This document shows positions 25,528 through 38,795 of a stretch of 64,000 bases of DNA, in pieces; position 1 is the stretch's first letter; every line of letters begins with the position of its first letter. The translations under genes and the position numbers were made by a program. The notes beneath the pieces are model-generated. The model was not told the origin of the DNA. It saw only the letters and a list, made by a program, of their open reading frames with translations, and made no database searches. The DNA is from Ginglymostoma cirratum (lineage: Eukaryota). The stretch spans positions 1,114,013 to 1,178,012 of the forward strand of contig JAHRHZ010000095.1 in the NCBI GenBank assembly GCA_024137785.1, in the 5' to 3' direction.

Positions 25528-28500
25528 TCTTTTTATTGCAAAAATATACTTTACCCACAAAACTTTTATATATATACACAGGTACTAAAGCAGTTCTGTA
25601 GAGTCTTTGCATAGACTTTCTATAGACTGATTGCTAGACTGTTAATCAAGAGACCACAGCAGTGTTTTGGGGATCTGGGTTTGAATCCTCCCATGGCAGA
25701 TGGTAGAATTGTAATTCAATAAAAATCTGGAATTAAGAGTCCAGTGATAACTGTGAAACTATTGCTGATTGTCAGAAAAACCCATCTAGTTTACTAATGT
25801 CCCTCAGGGAAAAAAACTAACATCCTTATCTAGTCTGGCCTACATGTGACTCCAAACCCATGGCAATGTAGTTGAACTTAACTGTCCTTTGGTTAATTAG
25901 GAATGGATAATAAATAGTGGCCTGGCCAGTGATGCCCAGATTCTGTGAATGAGTTAATTAAAAATAGCTGTTCCAAGGGCAGTGTGTGGTGTTGGAGAAA
26001 GTCCAGGAGTACATGAAGGATCTCACAGGCAGTGCCCCTCTCACAACCGGCCAATTAATGTCTTGGTGATTGTTGGAAAGTCTGGTGATGAGTCATTCTG
26101 CCAAATGACTTTGACAGTCTGGTCAGGGAACCAGCTGACAGGATCAACCCTCTCCTTTTCCTGCAGGGGCTCGAAGACACAATGTGCTGACCACTACCTG
26201 ATGGACTTGTGGTCATAGTATTTTTCTTTACAAATTTTTCCACAACTACTTGGCACATTCCACAGCAATGAGGCCAAACTCATCCTTCATAATACTGTGA
26301 CCAGGTAGAACCTCAGTACAAAGTGATACTTGGTGTTTGTGTACTGAAGGTCTATGCACAACCTGATGCAGCTACAAATGAAGGTGGCCGTTAGGGTGAG
26401 GGTGGCATTGGGTACATCTTTTCCCCGCTTATCCAGATGTTGTACATGGTGTCCCTGCAGACATGGTTCATCTTTGACCTTCCACCACGTACAACAATAC
26501 CACGTACAACAATACCAAGAGTACCTCTCACCTGATGCCAAGGTTTCTACCTGCAATGGAGAGGGAACGATGCTTCCTTCAGCTCAGTTTCTGCCTCACT
26601 TTGCTGATACAGGCTTCCTAAGTTTTTGAACACACCCTGTCCTGTCTGAACCATATACCCAGCACCTTCAGGTAATCCGACCTGATGGTGAAGGGGATAA
26701 GGGATCAGTTGGCCCAGTTCCCAAAGAACTAGCCTCGCTCTTGCCTCAATTTACCTTGACTCTAAGGCCAATTTGAACTGGTCGCAGTCTGCGCACAGAC
26801 AGTGAATCTGAGTCTATGACCTGCAGGCTGCCGCTGCCTGAAATAACCACTCTCTCAGGCTCATATCCTTCCTGATGGATTCAGCGAAAGGCTCAATACA
26901 ACATATGAACAAGTTGACAGAGATTGTGGGCCGTTCTGTCTGACTCCAGATCTGATCGGGAAGCTTTCTGATTCCCACCAATTGATTGAGACTGCACTAA
27001 TGATGTTACTGTACAGCAGACGGATCCCTCCCGAAAGCCCATTTTGGAGAACACATCCTTCATGTAGGTGTGCAATATCCCGTCAAAGGCCTCCTCCTGG
27101 TCCAGGCTGATGAGGCAGGTGTCCATTCCACTGTCCTGCGTGTTGGTGTTTGTATCCCTGAGGATCACAAGGCTTCCGAGATCATCCTGCTCAATTTAGT
27201 AAATGTTTGATCAGGGTGAATCACTGATCCCAGAGTGGACCTGACCTGATTGATGATGACCTTACATAGGTTATAATAATCCACATTCAGAAGTGAGACT
27301 GGTCGCCAATTTCTGATTTCCACCCCCTCCCTCTTCCACTTTCAGATGAGGGTGATGATGCCTTTCCTCATAGATTTGCAAACAGTACTGACCAGAAGCA
27401 CACTGTCATACATCTCCAGCAGGTCTTGGCCAATCAAATCCCACAGAGATGAATACGTTTCATCTGGTAACCTGTCACTTCTGGGAGTTTTACTCTCCTC
27501 AAAAAACTCGAGAGACTTGGTTAGCTCATCCAGCGTCAACTGCTGGTGCAGTCTGTCCTGCATTCTGTCATCTAAAATTTCCATGATAGAGGACAGGAAT
27601 GACTGGGAGGCCAAGCTGTTTGTGGGCTTTGTGTCATACAGTCTGACATAAAAGGATTTGCTGATCTTCAGGATTTCAGACTGAGATGATGCCACCTTCT
27701 TCCTTCAGGTTACTGATCACAGAACACTAGCTGTGCAGCTTGTGGAAGAAAAAATGTGAGCACAACTCATCCTGCTTCATGGAGCAGAACTTGGATGGGA
27801 AGATAAGTAAGCCTGTGAGGCAAAGAATGGGGCTTTCTGGCTTTTCACCTCCTAGATTTCCTGCTTGATATTGACACACATCATCTGCAGCAGAAGTAGG
27901 TTTTGCATGCTTTTCTGGAGTTTGGACTGTTTTCCCTATCTCTCTATCACCTTCTGAACAGCTCTGAGGATGAAGAACCTCTTGATGTTTCCCATAACTG
28001 TTTCCCACCAGTCCACTGGAGACTCAAAGAGGGGTTTCACTGTTCTCCAACCGTTGTAATTCCTTTCAAACTCCTCACTGTGATTTGAGGTCAACAGTTT
28101 ATCATTCAGTTTCCACCATCCCGTGCTAGCCTACAGTTGTCCTGTAGGTGACTGTTGGCCAGCAGGAGGCAAGGGTCAGAGAACAACACTGCTTGACGTT
28201 GATGGACCTGACTGAGAACGCTCAAGATGTGAACAGGAAAACTATCTTTGAGCGGATAGACCTGTCTGGCCGTGACCATTTTGCTGTGCTCTGCCTGCAG
28301 GAGTGCTGAAGATGTTGTGCAGCTTAGCGACTTAAGCCATTCCATAAGAAATCTGGACGTGGTGTCCATCAATGATGCAGTTGAAGTGTCCAGCCAGAAT
28401 AACCAGCCTGGTTGTTTGCTAGAAGTAGTGGGAGCTACTGAAGAATAGTCCACCACTCACTCTTTACTGCCAGGGTGCACACGTTAATTAATCTCAGGGT

Positions 28501-29290
28501 GCATTTCTATACATACATGTTTGCTACAAGGAGACACCTGCCCAGCACCTCCTTAACCTCGAGATGGTGAAGTTGGCTCCTTGCAGCAGAATATCCAGGC
28601 CAGAGAATGGCCAATTGTTACTCACCTGAAAAAAATTGAAGGCCCATGGCAGCACAGGCTCGACCATTTCCTGAACAACTTCTGCAGAAACAGGAGGCTT
28701 GCTTGATGTTGACCAGGTAAACCAAATTGGAAACATATTGCAAAGTGGCTTTAATGTTATGCACATTAATGCTGGCAATTTTCAAAATCATTTTTTTAAG
28801 ATTTTTAGATTACTGACTTGTCCAATATCAGTTCTCCCACAGTTAAGCAAGCTCCTGCATCCCTGTGGTATGGGCAAACTGTTGCATCCTCACACAGATG
28901 AGGTAGCTGTCCTGTTTCTCCCTGATGGCATTGTTGTGATCCTGGAACCTGCAGCAATCCAGGAGGATCCTCTTCAAGAAGAATGCCCAATCAATTGGTA
29001 TACCTTCTTCACAGTCACCCTGATGGTGTTCTGGACACCCTGGCCTGGATTGTGGTTGCTTGCTAACGCCATCACTCTGGTTGGCTGTACTGTGAATTGG
29101 CAGTAGGCTGAAGGCAGCATAAGTATCCATCAATAGCAGCTTAGTTCAACCGACGATCCTCCAGTGTTCAATCCCGAGCCAGCGATGATCTAGAAATCCT
29201 CTGAAGAGTCGCAACTCGGAGCTTACAGTTGATCTTTGCCAAAAGCTGAGAAATGACGTGATGCAGTGGTAACACACCAGCCTGTCCAGC
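25528..29290 (-). mobile_element. Tx1-clade (L1 group) LINE, degenerate, ORF1 and ORF2 remnants
   Basis: ORF2 pieces SFYVRLY..LTLDELTKSL..KTPRSDRLP..LWDLIGQDLLEMY..MRKGIITLI and CLISLDQEEAFD..SKMGF; ORF1-like FFLKRILLDCCRFQ at 28843..29133; AATAAA/A-rich end near 25530. Confidence 0.82.
25630..25963 (+). mobile_element. tRNA-derived SINE made of the 5' and 3' ends of the 20676-23947 LINE, inserted in the Tx1 element
   Basis: 25630-25890 matches the reverse complement of about 23920-23640; 25891-25955 matches the reverse complement of about 20750-20686; B box GGTTTGAATCC. Confidence 0.85.
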
Positions 29291-30249
29291 TTTCTGGTTG
29301 AACTGAATCAAGAGTCAATCATATGACTTCTGGAAGATATCTTTGAATTTGCTATGCCCGTTTTTAATAAATAATTTCTGGTACAATATTTAATATTATA
29401 CAAACATTTAAGAGGTGCAGGCTTTTTAAATAGAATAAAGTAGCTTTAATTTAAGTTAGGTTTGCATAGCCCTCCAATGACACATGCAACCATTCAGCAG
29501 CATTTCTTGATACTGAACTCATGCTGTGTCATCCAAATTAGCAGATAGCATAAAGTTTGCTGGCTATCTGCAGCAGAAGAAGTGGACAAAAGTTAATTGT
29601 GCATTACAAGCCTCAGGTGATTTTGGGCCTGAAATGGCAGCAGGAATGCAAATGCTGACCACAAGCCTCCGCTAAGTGTGAGAGACAATTTGGTTTAGGG
29701 GCCTGACTCTGAGCTGGTTGGCCGTAGCCAGTGTACTCTGTACAAATAAATAAAGGGTGACTTGGTGGTGGGATATCGGCCTCTGTGTAGTTATTTCACA
29801 GCAATAGCAAATCTTTCCATGTCCGCCTTGAATAACAAGGAAAGTTTATGGACTGTCAATCTTTTCATGATTGCATATAAATTTGTATACAATTTACAAC
29901 ATAGAAACAGATCATATAGTCCAACTGATCCTTGGTTATTTACACCTAAGTCAACAATAAAGGAGATTTTAACAGACATGGAAGACATTCATGTTTTTGT
30001 TAACACAGTTAGGTCTCCTGGAGCTGTACAAAAGCATTCCCTACTAATCAGGGAAAAAGATCAACAAGTACAGTTGCAAAATGCCACACGGTCCCTGAAA
30101 CTGAAAAGAGTGCATTCACTTTGAGCGAATTGTTACATAAAGTAATGATTATGAAAGGTTAATGTTGGAGACTGCATTAATCCCCACCCAGTCTGATATC
30201 TTAAGGACTTGTTTGGGGAAAAGGCAAAACATCTTAGGATCTTTCAATA

Positions 30250-30345
30250 GTTGCTCACCACCACCTTCTCAAAGGCAACTAAGATCAGGCAATAAATGCT
30301 GGCCAGCCAGTGATGCCCACATCCCATGAACAAACGAAAATAAAG
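30250..30345 (+). mobile_element. 3' tail fragment of the tRNA-headed LINE/SINE family
   Basis: gctcaccaccaccttctcaaaggcaact..ggcaataaatgctggccagccagtgatgcccacatccca. Confidence 0.75.
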
Positions 30346-32869
30346 ACCAATATCCATGGGTCTTCTAATATTCTTAATAACCATGTTTAACTTACTTATG
30401 TAACTTGTACCTAATTGCTATCATGCAATAAACTACATCTTGTTAAAGTCAAGTGCCTCTTCTTATTATGTCTCACCAGTGGTTTTCTTCTACCATTGTA
30501 AATCAAATAGACCCTTCAACCTGGTTAAGGGAATTGGATGGTGGCAGCAGACTACCCCAATCACAAACGGTAGTGGCTGGCATCACAACACAAACCACTT
30601 GAAACAGGATTACATCTGAAGTTACATCAAGTAAAGGTTGACATTTACCAAAATTATTTTGGTACAATTCCCATCAATATTCTGTGCTTCAATGAACCTC
30701 TGAATTCAACAGTTTTGGCATAATTAAGCCATCCTGTAAAGAGAATTTACAATGACAAGGAGAAGTTTAAAAAAAACTTCAGATTGCATGCTGTTTAGCC
30801 TTTCAATTTTGAGCCAAATCTTTACAGGAGCTATTTATTTAGTGCTATTGCAATGTATTTCTTTCACAATCATTTAAATTTTAATTTTAAAATATTGATC
30901 TAATTATCTATTGAATACTATTTTGCATTTTGTATCCATCCCTATTCTATAGGATACACTTTGATTCCTGACAACTTGTTCTGTAAGACAAAACCTTTAA
31001 ATGAGGTCAGACATTTTTTACTCGGACTTATGTGATCTGAAACATTCCAGCTGAAAAGGTAATGGAAACTGATTTGATTAATTATTTTAAAGGCAGTTGG
31101 AGAGGTGCTTGTGGATGAGGAACCATAGGTTACAAATAAAAACTGGGAATGTGCAACCAAGCCCTTTTGCTGTTTCAAAGAGCTAGCACAGACACAACAG
31201 GCTAAATGGTCTCTTTCTGCGCTGTATGCTTCTATGTTCTGTATATCTGAGAGTGGTATGGAGAGAGGAAAATGACATTTAACTTCTTACGGAGAGTGAT
31301 CCATGTTTTATCAGAATGCAACAATGAAGAATGTGAGATATGTCCAAAATTGGTTAGAACAGATCAGTGGATCTATCAGAGTATCTTCATCAAAATAGGT
31401 AAGGATGAAGATTGAAATGTGAATTGAAGCATAATGCAGTGAGGAAAGTGGGATATATCTGAAAGTATTTTATTATAGGTTGCAAGAGAAACAGGTCAGC
31501 AAACAGGTGAAGATCAGTAGCTTCTAGTTTATTATGTAGGCTGCTGGAATTGGTGAACTGTACCCTCACATGGCAAAAGAAAAGATTTCACAGAAAGGTT
31601 ATAAAAAAGTCAATTATAAATGGTAAAAAAAAAGTGAAAAAACAGACACTAATTTTTTTCTGTTAGATAATAGTATGTGTTCTCTACAGTTCACAGATGA
31701 AGGCAAGACCAGGAACTGGGGTGGAACTGGGGGAGGGGGATTCTCCTATTTGGCTGAAATTAATCTCATTATAATGGGACGACCCATTCTTGGCAATAAT
31801 TTTTGACGATTTCTATATTCAAAGTTTATTTGTAGAACTCATCCAGCTGTACAAACAGAGACATCTGACGTGCAAAACAAGACCTTCACAGTCAGAGGGA
31901 GAAGCTGGTAAAGCTAAACAATGAACAAGGGGCCTTTTCATGCGTAATGCACTCTGAATGCTCCATGCAAATTCCCAGTATATAGAGGTCCTGATGTGAA
32001 ACAAGGTACGCAAAATCTGAATTCTGGTAATGTAGATCCTCGTATAAGAATACGGACTTCCATTGTGTAGAAGGTGCTCAGAATTCCTGACAACACAATG
32101 ATTAATGTGAAAGCTATGATTCTGTCAACCCACAGATGTTCAAACAGGGACTAAGATCTTCCTATAATATTTTGTAGACAACTGGTTTAACATTAAATTT
32201 AATACCTCAAAAAAGATTGGGCTGGGGAGAAAGGGACTGATTATACTATATTACTTCTACCTACCCATCCTGCCATCTGTAATCAAACCCATCCTACGTC
32301 TCTACTAACCTACCACCTAGCACCCAGCTATTCTACCCACCATGTCACACTGCCATCCTACCCAACTGGTACCCTAACCATTTACTCGCTTACCTCACTT
32401 ACTCGCTCACTAATGCAGTAAAGGCTATTTAAATGCCCCAAAGATTTTCAGTATGTATTAGTGAATGAATGAAGACTTACCAGAATGTAACAGCAAATAC
32501 CACTAAAAGAGATCGTGACTTGGATTTTTCTCTTGATCCTGACCTACAAGGAACGACTCTGAAAATTGGGATGCTCCACCTTTCTGAAGAGATTGGTTCA
32601 GAAATGTTGGTAAGAAATCTGGAGATCGACTGTAATGTAAAAAAAGAAATGGGGCAGCAATTTGACAGTGATTGTCACCACTTCAATGATTGAACCCTAA
32701 GTTCTAACCCCATACTTCTGGTCTTCCTTGTTGAATAAGGTAATATTTCTGGAAGAGTTCATGTTTTGAGCTGTTCTGACCTCATCCCAGTATTAATGTC
32801 ATACTGTCTCTGAAAGGAGAATCAGTTGGACTTTGATATCTCTAGATGGAGACATATTGGTCTTCTCCT

Positions 32870-32995
32870 GCAATAAAAGCAATGTACTACAGATGCTAGA
32901 AATCTGAAACCAACAAAGAAAATGGTGGAGAAATTTAATATGTCTGACAGCATATATGAAGAGAGAAACAGAGTTAAAGTTTCAAGATCAGTATG
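32870..32995 (-). repeat. Decayed Penelope terminal-repeat copy
   Basis: cagatgctagaaatctgaaac..gagagaaacagagttaaagtttc matches 36725-36820. Confidence 0.6.
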
Positions 32996-32999
32996 ACTC

Positions 33000-33256
33000 T
33001 TAGAATCCCTGCAGTGCAGAAACAGGCCTTTGGACACATCAAGCCTGCACCCGCCGCCCCAAAGAGCATCCACCCAGATCCCAGCTCCCTACCTTATCCC
33101 CGTAATCTTGCATTTACCATGGCTAATCCACCTAGCCTGTACATCCTTACATACTACAGGCAATTTAGCATGGCTAATGCACCTCACCTGCACATTTAGG
33201 ACTGTGAGAGGAAACCAGAGCACCAGGTGGAAATCCAAAGTGCAAACTGCACACAG
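33000..33256 (-). mobile_element. HE1-type SINE, partial
   Basis: tagaatccctgcagtgcagaaacaggcc..ggcaatttagcatggctaat..ggaaaccagagcacc, as in the copies at 24600 and 56228. Confidence 0.82.
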
Positions 33257-33938
33257 ATGGGTTCACATACATAATTCTTTAAAGTTTATGTCACATATAG
33301 ACAGGGTGGTTAAAAAGGCATTTAGCATGCTTGTCTTCATTGCTCAGTCCTTTGAGTATAGGAGTTGGGAAGTCATGGTGAGATTGTCCAGGACATAGGT
33401 GAGGTCTCTTCTGGAGTACTATGTCCAGTTCTGGGCTCCAATTGTAGGAAGGATATTATGAAGCTAGAGAGGGTTCAGAAGAGACTTACCAGGATCTTGC
33501 TGGTTATGGAGGGTTTGAATTAGAAAGATAGGCTGGGACATTTTTCACTGGAGCATAGGAGGTTGAGAGGTGACCTTATAGAATCATGAGGGGTATACAC
33601 AGGGTTAATGGTAGGTGTCTTTTCCCCAGGAGGTGGATTTCATCACTAGGGGTCATATTTTTAAGGTGAGAGGAGAGAGATTTAAAAAAGACATGAGGGT
33701 AACATATTTTACACAGAGAGTGGTTCGCCTGTGGAATGAACTTCCTGAGGAAATGATGGGTGCAAGCATAGTTATAACATTTAAAAGACAATTAGATAAG
33801 TACATGACTAGGAAAGGTTTAGAGGGATATGAGCCAGGAGCAGGCAGCTGGGACAAGTTTAGTTTGGAATTATGTTCGGCATGGACCTGTTGGACTATAG
33901 GGTCTGTGTCCGCACTCTATGATTCCATGATTCTATGA
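33257..33938 (+). mobile_element. CR1 LINE 3' fragment
   Basis: TRGHIFKVRGERFKKDMR..FTQRVVRLWNELPEE; (ATTCTATG)n tail. Confidence 0.9.
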
Positions 33939-33984
33939 CAGTTACCCAAGACTGGAATATTCAAAACTTCAGAAATTTGGGAGA

Positions 33985-34460
33985 AGGGTGCAGAGGAGAT
34001 TTACCAGGATGCTGCCTGGACTGGAGGGCAGGTCTTATGAGGAAAGGTTGATGGAGCTAGGGCTTTTTTCATTGGAGCAAAGAAGGATGAGAGGTGGCTT
34101 GATAGAGGTGTACAAGATGATGAGAGGCATGGATAGAGTGGATACCCAGAGACTTTTTACCAGGGTGAAAAATACTATTATGAGGGGGCATAATTTTAAG
34201 GTGATTGGAGGAAGGTATAGGGAAGATGTCAGAGGTAGATTCTTCACACAGAGAGTGGTGGGCGTGTGGGATGCGCTGCCGGCAGTGGTAGTGGGGTCAG
34301 ATACTTTAGAGACTTTTAAGTGACTCTTGGAAGGCACATGGAAGATAGTAAAATGTAGGGTATGCAGGCTAGATTGATCTTAGTAGGATAACAGGTTGGC
34401 ACAACATTGTGGGCCGAAGGGCCTGGACTGTGCTGTACTGTTCTGTGTTCTATGTTCTAT
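33985..34460 (+). mobile_element. CR1 LINE 3' fragment
   Basis: ORF 33988..34323 QRRFTRMLPGLEGRSYEERL..RGRFFTQRVV; (TTCTATG)n tail. Confidence 0.92.
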
Positions 34461-34569
34461 AGCATGCAAAATTCCCAATTGTCCCTGATGAGAATCAGAG
34501 TCTTTTCTCTCTCTCGTTAGTAATAGTTAACATACCTAAGAATAAATATAACCCATATATGTAGTTACT

Positions 34570-34788
34570 GAAAGAACTGGAGATGCTGTAAATCAGGAAC
34601 AAAACCAGAAGTTGCTGGAAAAGCTCAGCAGGTCTGGCAGTATCTGTGAGGAAAAAATCAAAGTTAATGTTTCGGGTCTACTGAGTTCTGAGGAAGGGTC
34701 ACCGGACCCGAAATGTAAACTCTGATATTTTTCTTCACAGATGCTACCAGACCTGCTGAGCTTTTGCAGCAACATCTGTTTTTGTTCC
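34570..34788. mobile_element. Fold-back Penelope-derived mini-element
   Basis: Arms of about 85 bp, 34596-34678 and 34705-34788, are reverse complements; near-TSD ATAT(G/A)TAGTTACT at 34557-34569 and 34789-34801. Confidence 0.88.
34683..34722 (+). ncRNA. Minimal type-I hammerhead ribozyme motif
   Basis: GAGTT-CTGAGGA-A-GGGTC(ACCG)GACCC-GAAA-TGTA-AACTC: 5-bp stem I, 5-bp stem II, CUGANGA/GAAA core, GUA triplet. Confidence 0.75.
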
Positions 34789-35169
34789 ATATATAGTTAC
34801 TCTGCTGTAAAGAAAACTACACCTATGAAAGACAAGTGCCTCTTCTGATGGGACATAATAATTCCATTCTCCACCATACACTATTGAACAGTCCTTTAGA
34901 GTAAAGTAAGAAGGATTGGTGGCAGCACCATACTCAAACACTAACCACCAAGAGTTGGCATCCAGGCATCACATCATATCATAATATCCTCCGCAAGTTT
35001 TTGTAGCTTTCTACATCAATCAGTTTGTTACTACATAGGAATTGTTGAGGCGAAGAGCATAGACACGCTTAAGTGCGTAAGAGAGTAAGGAATAAAAGGA
35101 TAAATTAGTGTGTTTAAAAGTTGGAATCATATAGGAGGAGCCAGGTTGCATGCATCAAAAACACCAACA

Positions 35170-35640
35170 TTGACCTGCAAAATCTCCCCACCTCTGACAT
35201 CATCCCAAGACCAGCCCATCTCGCCTCCACCTCCTTGACCTGTCCGTCTTTTCTCCCACCTATCCGCTCCTCCACCTCACTGACCAACCCCCACCCCAAC
35301 TTCCAACCTACAACCCTCATCCCTGCCTCCTTGAATTGTCCGTCTTCCCTCCCACCTTCCCACCCCTTCCTCCTCGCTGACCAACTCCCATCCCAACTCG
35401 CTACCTACACTCACCTGTACTGGCTTTATCCCTGCCTCCTTGACCTGTCCGTCTTCTCTCTGCCTATCTGCTCCTCTATCCACCTTCTATCATTGCCTTC
35501 CCCTCTCTCTATTTATTTCAGAGCCCCGTACCCCTCCTCCATTTCTGAAGGAGGGTCCAGACCCGAAATGTCAGCTTTCCTGCTCCTCTGATTCTGCCTA
35601 GCTTGCTGTATTCGTCCAGCTGCACACCTTGTTATCTTAT
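35170..35640 (+). mobile_element. Penelope 3' fragment with C-rich internal repeats and decayed hammerhead
   Basis: ccttgacctgtccgtct unit recurs about every 100 bp; CTGAAGGAGGGTCCAGACCCGAAATGTC at 35545-35572; homologous to 39165-39500 and 47270-47735. Confidence 0.85.
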
Positions 35641-36269
35641 ATCATTGACCTATTGTGTTGAATGATCCGTTTCTCTGCTTTAAAATTCAATGTTATTCCT
35701 GAATAAGATTTGAAGTGTAAATTTAGGTAGTCATTAAATGATAGTTGTTTGGTGCTGAATTGCATGATATATATATACTTGAGCGATGAAATGCAATACA
35801 GATGGTTTTAATGCTGAATGTTGCGTCAAATCTGCAGTAGCTTCATAATGATGTGGTTTGGTTTGAACTGAAGTATGTGTCAGATCCCTGGAGGTTTTCT
35901 GGTGATATGTATACTGCATTCCTAGACATCTCATTCACACTTGATTCCTGAAGTACGGTTGTAAATGACGCAAAGATGGATCCCAGATGCAGTACAGCAG
36001 TGGCCCTTCAATGCTATTACTAATTGGAAAGCATTAACAGTATGAAATTAGGAAAATGTGCATTAATATAACTTATTAAGTTGAAATATCTCTAAGTACT
36101 TCACATAATTAATATTAGGAGCATAGTGAATTTTTTTTGTGTTGGTAAACACAGACCTCATTTCTCATCAATAACAATTCATAAATCGTCATGATATGAA
36201 GAAAAAGTTTTCTCATGTGGTGTAGTTTGAAGAAGGAATGTTGACTACGAACAACGATTCTATGCTCAC

Positions 36270-36289
36270 CTTTGAATCTTTACATCGTC
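36270..36289 (-). other. Candidate 20-nt micro-exon of an unidentified host gene
   Basis: Minus strand tttccttccccacag|GACGATGTAAAGATTCAAAG|gtgagc: strong acceptor and donor in non-repetitive DNA. Confidence 0.45.
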
Positions 36290-36711
36290 CTGTGGGGAAG
36301 GAAACTCATTTTATGGTAGACTCAGAGGATGTAACTTCAGATAATATTGTACTAAATACTATATTATTAGATAGGTTGCAAAGCTAAATGGCTTAAGGGA
36401 AATGATCCTAGCATCAGATTGTTGTGGAATGCGAGGAACACTTTCCCCATTGGTCAAGAATGACAAGAATTTATGAAGAGTCAATACCTGTGAGCCAATA
36501 TTAGAAATCAGTACAAAGACTCCCTCCTTGCTAGTACTGGACTGTCCAGCTTCTACTATTCCCGTCTCTGCTCTGCTGAATTCGGTAAAGACCAGATCCA
36601 AAGCCTAAGCATCCTCACTTGGAGCATACCACCTTTGTATTGTCAGGAAAAAACAGCACATTTTCCAACTACTACTGGCCTCATCTTGAAAAAAGGACTT
36701 AACCTGATGTG

Positions 36712-36843
36712 AAAACCAAAAGAATTGCAGATGCTGGTAATCAGAAACACAAATGGAAATTGCTGGAAAAGCACAGCAGGTCTGGCAGCATCTGTGGAGA
36801 GAAATCAGAGTTAATGTTTTGGGTTGAGTCACCCTTCATCAGA
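36712..36843 (-). mobile_element. Penelope-derived mini-element with decayed hammerhead
   Basis: Minus strand AGTT-CTGATGA-A-GGGT..ACCC-AAAACATT-AACT; TSD ACTTAA(C/T)CTGATGTG at 36697-36711 and 36844-36858. Confidence 0.8.
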
Positions 36844-38432
36844 ACTTAATCTGATGTGCTTCTCAATCAATAATTACTGATGCAATACAAAATAATGATA
36901 AATAGGCTCCCAACACCTGCCAGAAGAGTCCGTCTACCTGCCACATTTCCCACTCATATAGGTTCAATTAAATGTTGAATGGCTTCATTCTGTGCTGTAA
37001 GATTCAATGAACGTGTAGTTCAGATGTGTAACACCACTGGAGATGATGCTCTGGAAGTTAAATGGCACTGTGTCAACTGCTGTTTCCAATGCTGCACACC
37101 TGAGGTACCAAGTTAAGAATACCACTTGTGTGGACATCCTCTGAATATACAGGAAACAGCTGAGGTGGTTCTGTCATGACATTGAACATCACTGGTTGAT
37201 GTGATGTTGGAATGAAAGTTCAGCAGAAAGGGAAATGGTGCTAAGAAACCTGACTCAGGCTAAGAATGAGTCAGACCTCATGGGTCCAGTATTCAAACAG
37301 GAAATAATATAGAAGCTTAGACTTCAGTTAAAGGGAGTAAAGACAATTTCCAAGAATGCACTTCGGATCGTGTTTGAGGTAGAAAAGTTTGCAACTGACA
37401 TATAGATATAAATTTTTTCTGATAAGAAAGTTTATGGGGATAAATGAGGACTTTGTGACTATAAATCTCCAGGAGAAGAATCAGTTATAGCTTCTGATGT
37501 GCCAACTATGATAACTTTGATTGGCTCTCCTTCCAACCATTCACCCAACCAAAAGCACCAGTATATTCCAAAACGTGGCATATGCAAATGACACTATTGC
37601 CTAGGATAGTTACTGGAAGGTAACCTTACAGCCTCTCATTCATGAGGGACCTCTGTGCTAGTGCTTGGTTAGCCCCACAAGGGCAATAACTGATCCTCAG
37701 CTTCAGTAAAACTGATCCAATTGAGTTGTTGAAGATTGCAGTAGACAAATCCAACTCATAACACTCTGCCAGCAGGGAGGACCACATAGGAAGTAAGATT
37801 AGGTATCTTGGGCACAAGCATTAATGATGTGGTAAGAAATAGAAATAAGAAGTTCTGATATGTGAATACATTGAGTCTGACAATGTTACATTACTGGATG
37901 TGTGGGCATCTTGCTGTTAGAGTTTCTGCGTTACTTTCTCTTATGTCAATGGATTATTCTTTGAAATATTCTGAAATTTATTGGCTTTGTACATAATAAA
38001 ATGATCAAATGGATCAATGAGTCTTGGATTATATATTTGCTTATGCAGAAGTTTGTGATGCTTATTGGGAGAATATTTATTTATTAATTAAAGTAATTAT
38101 TTGCTATCATCTGTTATTCACTGTTGGCATTGATTTTCATATGTCCAGAACCGACTGCAATGCTCCAAATGGTGTTGAATGAAAACTTGATATAACTATA
38201 ACGTAATGTTTACCAAGTTAAATTGCAGCTTTCAAGATGAATGCCAACATTCCACTAGTCTTTTAAAGTAATTTTTGAACCCTTCCTCTAGTGAATACTG
38301 GTTTATGTGCTAGATACCTTTAAATTTCTTTTCTTATCCAAGTTCCTGCCTTCTTGCTATTTGGAAAATACTCTGATTTATGTTTCATAGTTCCAAAGTG
38401 GATGACATTACAATTTCCTATATTAATTTTCA

Positions 38433-38795
38433 TCAAAGAACAAAGAACAATGCAGCACAGGAACTGGGCCTTTGGCCCTCCATCCTGCACAAAACTATTT
38501 TGCCCTTCCACACTAAAACTGTCTTCATTTACAGGATCCCTATCCCTCTATTCGTCTCGGTGCTTCTTGAATGCTGCTATTGTGCCTGCTTCCACCACCT
38601 CCTGTGGCAGGCACTCACCACCCTTTGTGTGAAAAACTTACCCTGTACATCTCTATTAAACTTGCGCTCCCCCCGCTCCTCCCCGACTCTCCACAACTTG
38701 AACCGGTGTCCCTGAGAGATTGACTCCTCCTGGGGAAAAAACGTAACACTTTCCACTCTATACATGCCATTAATGATCTTATAAACTTCTATTAT
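38433..38795 (-). mobile_element. CR1 3' fragment
   Basis: QGHRFKL..FNRDVQGKFFTQRVV (ORF 38577..38765); (TTCTTTG)n tail. Confidence 0.85.

Noticed and set aside
30648-30733. Minus-strand AG..GT bounded segment as a coding exon
   Set aside because: Stops in all three frames.
32255-32410. C/A-rich ctaccc-like repeats
   Set aside because: Irregular low-complexity sequence with no stable period.
35121-35591. 156-aa Pro/Ser-rich ORF
   Set aside because: Translation of the C-rich Penelope 3' repeats; a similar peptide recurs at 47348..47608.
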